A stretch of 64,000 nt of DNA from an uncultured virus (IMG/VR IMGVR_UViG_3300023171_000012) (taxonomy: Duplodnaviria > Heunggongvirae > Uroviricota > Caudoviricetes): IMG/VR virus record IMGVR_UViG_3300023171_000012. One strand, written 5' to 3'. The notes beneath the pieces were generated by a model. The model worked only from the letters and a program-made list of their open reading frames with translations. It was not told the DNA's origin and did not search any database. Below are positions 56,965 to 64,000 of the stretch, piece by piece; positions within the stretch are counted from its first letter, which is position 1; every line of letters starts with the position of its first letter. Position numbers and translations under genes: made by a program.

Positions 56965-59240
56965 CCGACTCTGAAGAAACCACCTTCGCTCCATCCGTGA
57001 GCGACATGCCACTGCTCTCGATGTCCGAAACCGGAGCGGTGCCGAAAAGCCGTCTCTGTAAAGCCTCGGCCCAGCGGTCGATTTTCAAACGGATGTATGA
57101 GGATGACCGCACCAATGCCTTCAACCGGGCGCAGATCCAGGATCTCCTCGACGGCGGCACTCCCTACTCCCAAGCGGAGCTGAACGAGGCCAACCAGCCG
57201 GACACCACCAATCTCAATTTCGGCGGAGCCGAGGAGCAGCTTGAGAAGGCCATGGCTCCTTACTACGACCTCGTGCAGTCGCCGGAGGACATTGTGTCCG
57301 TCTGCACCCTCCACGGGGCTGAAGAGAACCGCGCCGACTGGAATGCAGGTCTTTCCGAGGAAATCTCGCGCACCATCCGCGACGCCGAGCAGTTCACTTT
57401 CCAGACCTCCCGTCTTGCCCAGAAGCACGTCTGGGATGGTGTCGGCGTCGGCTATTGGCCGGATGAACTCGATTGGCGGTACATCGGCTCCGGTCTCGGG
57501 CAGTTCTACTTCCCGCGCCAGTCCTTCGCCTGCGAGTCCGAACTCCCTGTGGTTTGTGCGATCCAGGAGATGACCGTGACCCAGCTCTACAAGAAGGTCG
57601 CCAACCAAGTCGAAGGCGAGGAGACCAAGAGCAAGTGGAACAAGAAAGCTGTCGAAGAAGCCATCAGAAAGGTCACGACGAATTCCCCGGACTACGCGAA
57701 CTGGGAATACCTGATGGAGGAGATCAAGAACAACGATCTCGGAGTGGACAGCAGGACGCCGATGATCCGCCTGATCCACACGTGGGTCACGGAGTTCGAC
57801 GGCAAGATCAGCCACCACATCACCACCGAGGAAGACCAAGGCACGGAAGTGTTCATCTACTGCTGCCACGGCAAGTATTCCGCGATGCGTCAGGCCCTCG
57901 TCATGTTCCCCTACGGACTGGGAACCAACACCAAGACCCACGGCATCCGGGGTCTCGGCTACAAGATTTATGCCTTCGAGCAGCAGCGCAACCGCTCGCT
58001 CTCCCGGCTCATCGACCAAGGCAATCTGGCTTCCAGTCTGATGATGCAAGCGGCGGACGAGAGTTCGCTCGCCAACATCGGTCTCCAGTATTTTGGCAAC
58101 CTCGCCGTCATCCCGCCGAATGTTACCATCGCGGATTACACGCCGCCGGATCTCTCCAAAACGGTCATGCCCGTGCTCGGCGAGATGGAGCGTCTCCGCA
58201 ACAACCGCACCGCTGGATACAGCTCCGAGGCCGCGTTCGACGGCGACCAGCGCAAGACCAAGTTCGAGATTTCCTCGCAGCTTCAGCAGAACGCCGCGCT
58301 CTCCGACACCCAGCTCGATTTCTGGAACGTGCCATTCAACCGCCTGCTCCAGGAGACCGTGCGGCGCATGGCCCGTCGCAACTTCGTCCCGATGGACCCG
58401 GGCGGTCAGGAGATCGCCGAGCTGCGTCTGCGGCTCACCAAGCGGGGCATCCCACTCGAAGCCCTCTTCAAGCTCGACTTCAAGGCCACCAAGCTCGTCC
58501 CTGCCATCGGCGCGGGTAGCGCATCGGCCCGCACGCTCAAACTGGAGAAGATGGAAGTCCTGCGCCCCCGCATGGATGATGTCGGCCGGGCCAACCTCGA
58601 CCGCGACCTTGCCACCGACACCGTGGGTGCCGAACGGGCCAACCGTTACTTCCCCAAGGACCAGCAACCCCGCTTCACCTACGACACGTCCATCGCCATC
58701 CTCCAGAATGGTCAGTTGCTCAACGGCATCGAAGTCCCGGTCCTCCCCGGCGACAAGCACCTCGCCCAAGCGCGGGAGCACATCAAGCCGTTGCTCGAAG
58801 GCTTCCAAGCCGAACAGCAGGGACTGGTACCAATCGAAGAATTTGCCGACGGTTCCCGTCTGCTGTTCCTCCACACCGTCGAACACGTCGATATGGTGGA
58901 GAACGACCCGGCATCCGCCGAGGAAGCCGCAGCACTGCGCCAGGCACTCCAGCAGATCGGGGAAGTGGTGTCGAACGGACTCCGCAAGATCCAAGCCGCA
59001 GAGGCCGATGCCCAGGAAGAAGGCGACCCTGCGGCCGCACAAGACATCGCCGAGGTAGAGATGTCCCGCGAGAAGCTCCGCCAGTCGCAAGAAGCCCACA
59101 GTCTAAAGCTCCAGCAGATGCAGGAGACAGCCCAGTTGAAGAACGAACTGACAGTTCAGTCTTCAAGGGTCAAGGACGCGATTGCCGATGCCCGTGAAGC
59201 GGCGAACATCCGCCGCACACCCAAGAAACCAGCAAAATGA
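56961..59240 (+). CDS. Portal protein
   Basis: 759 aa between TerL and scaffold; G.G, T..E motifs and C-terminal coiled coil typical of podovirus-like portals. Confidence 0.75.
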   Translation: MTDSEETTFAPSVSDMPLLSMSETGAVPKSRLCKASAQRSIFKRMYEDDRTNAFNRAQIQDLLDGGTPYSQAELNEANQPDTTNLNFGGAEEQLEKAMAPYYDLVQSPEDIVSVCTLHGAEENRADWNAGLSEEISRTIRDAEQFTFQTSRLAQKHVWDGVGVGYWPDELDWRYIGSGLGQFYFPRQSFACESELPVVCAIQEMTVTQLYKKVANQVEGEETKSKWNKKAVEEAIRKVTTNSPDYANWEYLMEEIKNNDLGVDSRTPMIRLIHTWVTEFDGKISHHITTEEDQGTEVFIYCCHGKYSAMRQALVMFPYGLGTNTKTHGIRGLGYKIYAFEQQRNRSLSRLIDQGNLASSLMMQAADESSLANIGLQYFGNLAVIPPNVTIADYTPPDLSKTVMPVLGEMERLRNNRTAGYSSEAAFDGDQRKTKFEISSQLQQNAALSDTQLDFWNVPFNRLLQETVRRMARRNFVPMDPGGQEIAELRLRLTKRGIPLEALFKLDFKATKLVPAIGAGSASARTLKLEKMEVLRPRMDDVGRANLDRDLATDTVGAERANRYFPKDQQPRFTYDTSIAILQNGQLLNGIEVPVLPGDKHLAQAREHIKPLLEGFQAEQQGLVPIEEFADGSRLLFLHTVEHVDMVENDPASAEEAAALRQALQQIGEVVSNGLRKIQAAEADAQEEGDPAAAQDIAEVEMSREKLRQSQEAHSLKLQQMQETAQLKNELTVQSSRVKDAIADAREAANIRRTPKKPAK

Positions 59241-59524
59241 CTCCCGAAGAATTCCAAAGCTCCGAGACTCATCGGACCGAACTTGCCATCCTTTTGAAGA
59301 ATCCGATTCTCAAGGATGCGTTTGCCGCGCTGAAGTCCGAACTGGAACCCTCCTCCGGCAACAATGCCGTCGGCAACCCTGTGGTGGGGGCCTCGCGTTT
59401 CCAGCAGATCGCCGGAGCCAATCACATCATCAACGGGCTGGATGGGCTGACGAAGCCATACACCAAGCCCAAGAAACTCGTCGGCAAGACTCTCCGTCAT
59501 GAAGACACACCTGAACTAACCTAA
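59237..59524 (+). CDS. Small head-module protein
   Basis: 95 aa between portal and scaffold. Confidence 0.6.
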   Translation: MTPEEFQSSETHRTELAILLKNPILKDAFAALKSELEPSSGNNAVGNPVVGASRFQQIAGANHIINGLDGLTKPYTKPKKLVGKTLRHEDTPELT

Positions 59525-59528
59525 TTTT

Positions 59529-60647
59529 ATGCCTGATCCAGACCCCATTGATGAAGCCTTTGCCAACCTCGCCGCGAGTTCACCCGAACCCGTTGCAGAG
59601 GGGCCGAACGCATTCCTTGAAAACTTCGCGGAGCTTCCTTCCGCCGATGAACCCGCAAAACCCGATGACACACCTACGCCGACTGAAACGAAGCCTGATG
59701 CGGACACTGACACCGATGGCTTTCCTGACGAACCGCCGAACAAGTCTTCGGAATCCGCCGGAAATGTCTGGAAAGGTCTGAAGACCGAGCTGAAGAAGAC
59801 CAAAGCCGACCTCCGCGCCGAGCGGGATACCAAGGCCCAAGAACTCGCCGCCCGCGACACCGAGCTGAACGAGCTGCGGGAGAAGACTTCCAAGCTGCCT
59901 GATCTGGAGCAGAAAGCCGCCTTCGTCGAAGAAGCCGAACGGAAGATTGCCATTCTCGATGTCAAACAATCCCGTGAATACAAGCAGGCCATCGAAGCCC
60001 CGCTTGACGCCATCGACGCTGCGGCCGAGATCATCGCCAAGGCGAACGAGGTCAAGCTGACCGATCTCCAAGATGCCATCATGGAAGCCGATCCGGTGAA
60101 ACGCCGGGAATTGCTCCGCACGGTCGTTGCTGACATGGACGACGTGGACAAGGCCGAAGTCATCCAGATGGCGAAGGACACCCAAATCATCCTTGCCCGT
60201 GAGCGCGAGATGAGTTCCAGAGCCTTCGAGGCTCGCAAGGAGTTGGAAGCCATCACCAAGGAGAATGAGACCAAAGCCCAGGAAGCCGCTCGCAAGACCT
60301 TCGAGACGGCTACTGAAAATTCGGTCGCAGAACTCCGCAAGCGTGTCCCGTTCGCAGAACTCACCGCCGGGGAGACCGCCGACGGTGTTTTCGGGAATGT
60401 CCTGACGAAAGCAAAAGCCGTGAATCTCGACACCGCCACTCCGGCGGTCAAGGCATTCGCCGCCGCCGCCGGTATCTTGCTCCCCCGGGTCGTGGCTCAG
60501 TACGTCGCTGCTCAAGCGGAGATCAAGACCCTGAAAGCCCGTATTGCCGGAGAAAATGCCGACCTTCCCCGGGTCAGTGGTGATCCGACACCGACGCTGA
60601 ATCAAAGCAAGGAAGTCGATTTTGCGAATTTCACACTTCCCACTTGA
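59529..60647 (+). CDS. Capsid scaffolding protein
   Basis: Acidic P/D/E N-terminus then coiled coil; between portal and MCP. Confidence 0.7.
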   Translation: MPDPDPIDEAFANLAASSPEPVAEGPNAFLENFAELPSADEPAKPDDTPTPTETKPDADTDTDGFPDEPPNKSSESAGNVWKGLKTELKKTKADLRAERDTKAQELAARDTELNELREKTSKLPDLEQKAAFVEEAERKIAILDVKQSREYKQAIEAPLDAIDAAAEIIAKANEVKLTDLQDAIMEADPVKRRELLRTVVADMDDVDKAEVIQMAKDTQIILAREREMSSRAFEARKELEAITKENETKAQEAARKTFETATENSVAELRKRVPFAELTAGETADGVFGNVLTKAKAVNLDTATPAVKAFAAAAGILLPRVVAQYVAAQAEIKTLKARIAGENADLPRVSGDPTPTLNQSKEVDFANFTLPT

Positions 60648-60669
60648 CGGCACTGCAAGGATGTAGTGT

Positions 60670-60775
60670 TGTCGGGGTGTCAGCAGAGGACACCACTTCG
60701 CTGCGCTGTTCGTTAAAGGCAGTCACCGGAAAAACAGATTCGTCTGCCGGGACCGAGCTGCGAACAGCGGCACAA
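60670..60775 (+). ncRNA. Candidate structured RNA upstream of tmRNA
   Basis: GGTGTC/GACACC hairpin; CGCTGTTCG/CGAACAGCG stem enclosing CCGG/CCGG and a CAGA-TTCG-TCTG hairpin. Confidence 0.4.
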
Positions 60776-60807
60776 TTTTTAGAACATAGCGGGTATCCCC
60801 GCAACCA

Positions 60808-61167
60808 GGGACGCTTCCGGTTTCGACTGAACCGGGTATCCTATTGATAGCATGCAGAGGTTGATCGGTGGGCCTCTTAAAAAGCCGATCAAGAATCCAA
60901 ATGGCAATAACGTCATCAGCTTCAGCCGCAACGTCGCAAAGTCTTCGGACCTCGCGCTTGTAGCCTAAGCGAAAAACGGTCCCCGCAATGATCCGATAAG
61001 CGGGAGACTCCAAACCGGATCAACAAACGGAACCCAGAGCCGTAAAGACTGGGTGGTGGATGGCGAGGAGGTTTTTACCAAAAGACCGAATCCCCCAAAT
61101 ATAAGCATGTTTGAAGTCAATAGGTAATCGGTTCAGGACAGGGGTTCGACTCCCCTGCGTTCCACCA
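60808..61167 (+). ncRNA. ssrA: tmRNA (one-piece, 360 nt); tag (A)GNNVISFSRNVAKSSDLALVA at 60903-60968
   Basis: Acceptor GGGACGC/GCGTTCC with G3-U70, ACCA end, T arm AGGGG-TTCGACT-CCCCT, P2 helices, pk1 GAGG/CCTC plus TTGATCGG/CCGATCAA. Confidence 0.95.
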
Positions 61168-61169
61168 CT

Positions 61170-61666
61170 TTCAGCCGAAAGGCATCAATATCGTGTGAAA
61201 TCCCGGTTCGACTCCGGGCTTCTCCTCTGAAGAGGAGAGGTAGTTTAACGGCAGAGCGCACACCCTCAATTTCCCTGTAACAAGGGGACTCATAAACACC
61301 AGAGGACCAATCACAAGCCCACCGTGTGACCGAAGGTGCCCGTCGTTTGTCGGGAATTTCTAGCCCAGTCGAGTGTCTGACTGGAAAACGGGGGAAGGCA
61401 CACCACATTTCAGTTCACTGTCATTGAGGGGAATCAGAAAATCAGCGGCCAGCCAACGCCAGTCGAAAGGAACCCGGAGCGATCCGGTAATACTGAACTC
61501 TGATTTAGCGACCTGAGCAGTGAATTGAAATGTGGTAACAGAAGGCTGTCTCTCACGAGTTGCCACATACGAGAGATAGTGCGGCCGAGCGAGTAATCGC
61601 GATAGCCACCTGCATCCAGAAGATGCGCGGGAGAGCTGAACCAAGCCCGTAAAATCCTACACTCAG
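61170..61666 (+). ncRNA. Large highly structured ncRNA (GOLLD-like candidate, class unconfirmed)
   Basis: 19-bp stem 61402-61420/61518-61536, several GNRA hairpins, long-range CCCTCAAT/ATTGAGGG, no plausible ORF, terminator follows. Confidence 0.6.
61193..61263 (+). ncRNA. Circularly permuted tRNA-like domain (T arm, capped acceptor hairpin, D arm; YrlA-like topology)
   Basis: GTGTG-AAAT-CCCGG TTCGACT CCGGG-CTTCTCCTC TGAA GAGGAGAGG-TA-GTTT AACGGCA GAGC-G-CACAC. Confidence 0.8.
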
Positions 61667-61670
61667 TTAT

Positions 61671-61702
61671 CCCGATGTCGGAATTCCGACATCGGGGTTT
61701 TT
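61671..61702 (+). terminator. Intrinsic terminator of the ncRNA cluster
   Basis: Perfect 26-bp palindrome CCCGATGTCGGAATTCCGACATCGGG followed by GTTTTT. Confidence 0.85.
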
Positions 61703-61742
61703 GCTTGATACCCGCCTGGATACCCGCTATTCAGGAAGGACT

Positions 61743-61865
61743 ATGAAACTGATCCTCCTCGCGCTTTGTCTCTGTGTCGTTTCCTGCGGAACTTCGATCA
61801 CCCTCACCCCAGATGGTGTGGTGATTACTCCGCCAACTGCTCCAATCGTCATTCCTACAAAATAG
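61743..61865 (+). CDS. Small lipoprotein (40 aa; not in ORF track)
   Basis: MKLILLALCLCVVS-C signal peptide with lipobox-like site; Pro-rich mature part; TTGATA-N17-TATTCA upstream. Confidence 0.6.
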   Translation: MKLILLALCLCVVSCGTSITLTPDGVVITPPTAPIVIPTK

Positions 61866-62036
61866 ATGTCCATCGGAACCAGACAACAGCCTGAAAAATG
61901 GCTGGATTTTAAATTCCGCCACAAGACGAGATCGCGGAAGTGGGAAAAGCAGAAGAAGAACCGAAAACTCCGGCATCTGGCTTCGGTGAACCCTGAAGTA
62001 GGACCGCAGCCTAAGTATTGTGGCTGGGAGTGGTAA
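61866..62036 (+). CDS. Small basic protein (56 aa; not in ORF track)
   Basis: MSIGTRQQ...KYCGWEW; starts immediately after the previous stop. Confidence 0.5.
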   Translation: MSIGTRQQPEKWLDFKFRHKTRSRKWEKQKKNRKLRHLASVNPEVGPQPKYCGWEW

Positions 62037-62044
62037 ATTTCATG

Positions 62045-62073
62045 TTGACATTCCAACAGTTTTTCAATAAACC
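62045..62073 (+). promoter_or_regulatory. Promoter for major capsid gene
   Basis: TTGACA-N17-TAAACC. Confidence 0.5.
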
Positions 62074-62251
62074 TCCTCGCGAAGCAATTCTCAGCTTTTT
62101 CAAAAAGAGGATCTCTCAATACTACTGAGTGTTTAATCCGGCTGCAAGGCTGGCCGTTACCGGGCACGGGTCACGAACTGAAGCTTACCAGCATTCTGCT
62201 GCGTAAGGAACCAATTCCACCCCTTCTACCGGCCCATGGCCAACCCCTTTT

Positions 62252-63466
62252 ATGCCCGCACCCGACCTGAATGATTTGCTCGCGAGAAATGAGATTGCCC
62301 TTGCTGGGCAAATCTACAAATCCTCAATTAACGATTCCATCTGGAATGCTTTGGTCCGTAAGTCCCCTTGGCCTAACGGCATGGCGGACACGCTCCAAGT
62401 GCTCACCGTTGAGCGCAATCTTCCCGCCAACATCGACACATGGACTCCGTTGACCCCCAACGAAGACTCCAACACCTGTGTTCCTATCGCCGATGTCGTG
62501 CCTCGTGGCAACACCACTCGCAGCTATTCGCTGGAGCAAAAAGCCATCGAATCGGAAGACATCTGCGTCAACGACACGCGTAACGCCTTCAGTGTAAGCG
62601 ACCAGATCCGGCACATGTTCGAAGGTCTCCGCGACGTGATTTCCTACACTTGGAAGCGCAAGGCCCAGCTCGACTACACCCGTATCTCCGAGCACAAGAT
62701 CGTTGCCACCAACGGACTTCCCGAGTCTTCGAGCCACATGCCGACCCTCGCGGCCACTTCGCTGCTCACCCAGAAGATCCTCAACAAGATCTACGTCCAA
62801 CTCATCGCGAACTCCGCGCAGCGTGACGGCGGTTCCCTCGGCATGCAGGACGGTCGCCCTCAGTTCATCCTCGTGACGGACATGGAGACCTCCGACGACA
62901 TCCTCCGTGAGGATTCGACCAACGCCGCTTTCCTCTACAACGGCAAGCGCGTTCCCGAACTCCTCGCCCCCCTTGGTGTGGATCGTGCCTTCCGTGGTTT
63001 CTACCACACCATCGACAACCTGCCACGTCGCTTCAACTTCACGGCTGGTGCTTGGGTGGAAGTTCTCCCTTACGTCACGACCGCCGCGACCAAGGGCGTC
63101 AAGGCTGCTCTCAACCCTGACTACCTGTCCGCGCCGTTCACCGACTCCTACGTGTTCCTCCCAACGGTTTTCGAATTCGTCGTTCCAAACTCCATTGGTT
63201 CGGTTGGCTCCGGCACCCAGTTTGCTGCTCAGGAATACATCGGCAAGATGAAGTGGCTCAACATCGCCGACCGCGAGGTCAACCCCGACAACAGCTACGG
63301 CTTCTATCGTGCGGTCCTCCAGTCCGGTTCGAAGCCCATCAAACCACAGTTCGGTTTCGTCATCCGTCACCTCCGCTGCCCATCCGACATCGGTCTCCAG
63401 GCTTGCCCTGCGGGAACCTCGGGTGACTCCGCAGATCTGGATTCCGGCGAATCCTTCTTCGTCTGA
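62252..63466 (+). CDS. Major capsid protein
   Basis: 404 aa after scaffold, strong C-ending codon bias, followed by a terminator. Confidence 0.75.
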   Translation: MPAPDLNDLLARNEIALAGQIYKSSINDSIWNALVRKSPWPNGMADTLQVLTVERNLPANIDTWTPLTPNEDSNTCVPIADVVPRGNTTRSYSLEQKAIESEDICVNDTRNAFSVSDQIRHMFEGLRDVISYTWKRKAQLDYTRISEHKIVATNGLPESSSHMPTLAATSLLTQKILNKIYVQLIANSAQRDGGSLGMQDGRPQFILVTDMETSDDILREDSTNAAFLYNGKRVPELLAPLGVDRAFRGFYHTIDNLPRRFNFTAGAWVEVLPYVTTAATKGVKAALNPDYLSAPFTDSYVFLPTVFEFVVPNSIGSVGSGTQFAAQEYIGKMKWLNIADREVNPDNSYGFYRAVLQSGSKPIKPQFGFVIRHLRCPSDIGLQACPAGTSGDSADLDSGESFFV

Positions 63467-63477
63467 TCCACCCCCGG

Positions 63478-63510
63478 GAGAGGGAGTCTTCGGACTCCCT
63501 CTCTTACTTT
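63478..63510 (+). terminator. Terminator hairpin after MCP
   Basis: GAGAGGGAGTC-TTCG-GACTCCCTCTC-TTACTTT. Confidence 0.8.
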
Positions 63511-63519
63511 AGACCAATC

Positions 63520-63744
63520 ATGAAAATCACACTTCCCGATGGTTTCGAGCTTCCTGAAAATGCCCAGCCCGGCGAACCTTTCGAGGTCGTAGCCACATTG
63601 GAGCTTGAGGAAGACGGATCTTTCCAACTCGTTGCCATTGATGGTGTGGAGCTTCCCGACTCCGAAAAGGAGGATGATGAGCCGGATGAAGATCCGGTAT
63701 CCCGTCGAAATGCGGAAGTAGTGATGCCCTGGCCTGAAGCATAA
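63520..63744 (+). CDS. Small acidic protein
   Basis: 74 aa after MCP. Confidence 0.65.
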   Translation: MKITLPDGFELPENAQPGEPFEVVATLELEEDGSFQLVAIDGVELPDSEKEDDEPDEDPVSRRNAEVVMPWPEA

Positions 63745-63763
63745 CCCCTGAAAAACCAATTCA

Positions 63764-64000
63764 ATGATTACTGACGAACTTCTTCTCGATGCCGATCCTC
63801 CGCTGATGAGGCCACCTCCTTCCGGCGTGGTTTCCCTCCGCTGGAGTCCAGAGCTTGGCCGCGTCCTCGCAATCAACTACCTCGACGAGGAAATTGATAT
63901 CGGCGCAGGCGTCCCACAGCCCGGCACCCCTGTCAACGGTGTGAAATCCGTTGCCACCCTCACCGGCGACGGCACAATTGTCACCACTGGCGACAATATC
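63764..64000 (+). CDS. Probable virion structural protein, 3' truncated
   Basis: MITDELLLDAD... frame open to the window end; G/T/V-rich. Confidence 0.55.
   Translation, partial: MITDELLLDADPPLMRPPPSGVVSLRWSPELGRVLAINYLDEEIDIGAGVPQPGTPVNGVKSVATLTGDGTIVTTGDNI

Noticed and set aside
56718..59099. 793-aa minus-strand ORF, and similar antisense ORFs at 59580-60653 and 62324-63370
   Set aside because: These are shadows of the strongly codon-biased portal, scaffold and capsid genes, with no recognisable motifs.
61140..61167. attP/attL prophage boundary at the tmRNA 3' end
   Set aside because: Phage head genes lie on both sides, no duplicate of the 3' end was found and no integrase is present.
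61193..61270. Conventional tRNA gene or UGA suppressor indicating recoding
   Set aside because: The halves are in reversed order with no CCA and no closed anticodon loop. TGA, TAA and TAG all serve as normal stops here.
61400..61610. Group I intron (AATCAGCGG and GAGAGATAGT resemble Q and S elements)
   Set aside because: I could not build P3/P7 or find flanking exons; retained only as a generic structured RNA.

Overview
The whole window reads as part of one dsDNA tailed-phage genome with no host housekeeping genes. The arrangement looks podovirus-like (portal, scaffold, capsid, then large internal virion proteins). The host cannot be determined from sequence; genes mostly lack Shine-Dalgarno motifs. 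Layout: (i) 1-17.7 kb, + strand: Ig-like virion protein, three glycosyltransferase genes, probable adaptor and internal virion proteins including a 2250-aa protein with a ParB-like domain; (ii) 17.7-33.8 kb, - strand: replication and nucleotide module (Dam-like MTase, DUF5664-like diphosphohydrolase, HD protein, VRR-NUC, SF2 helicase, family A polymerase, SSB, Cas4-like nuclease, primase-helicase, three HNH genes, HTH); (iii) 33.9-35.6 kb: short + operon; (iv) 35.6-47.9 kb, - strand: small early-type genes; (v) AT-rich divergence point near 48 kb; (vi) 48.4-64 kb, + strand: TerS-like protein, serine recombinase, regulators, intein-containing TerL, portal, scaffold, an ncRNA cluster and the major capsid protein. 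The most striking signals are: six unrelated proteins ending in exactly FEV-stop (plus FEA in the SSB); an ncRNA cluster with a complete tmRNA, a circularly permuted tRNA-like fold and a further large structured RNA; a candidate sRNA complementary to the phage's own start-codon regions; and a recurring operator-like motif inside promoter spacers. All family assignments come from motif recognition by eye; no searches or folding programs were run.
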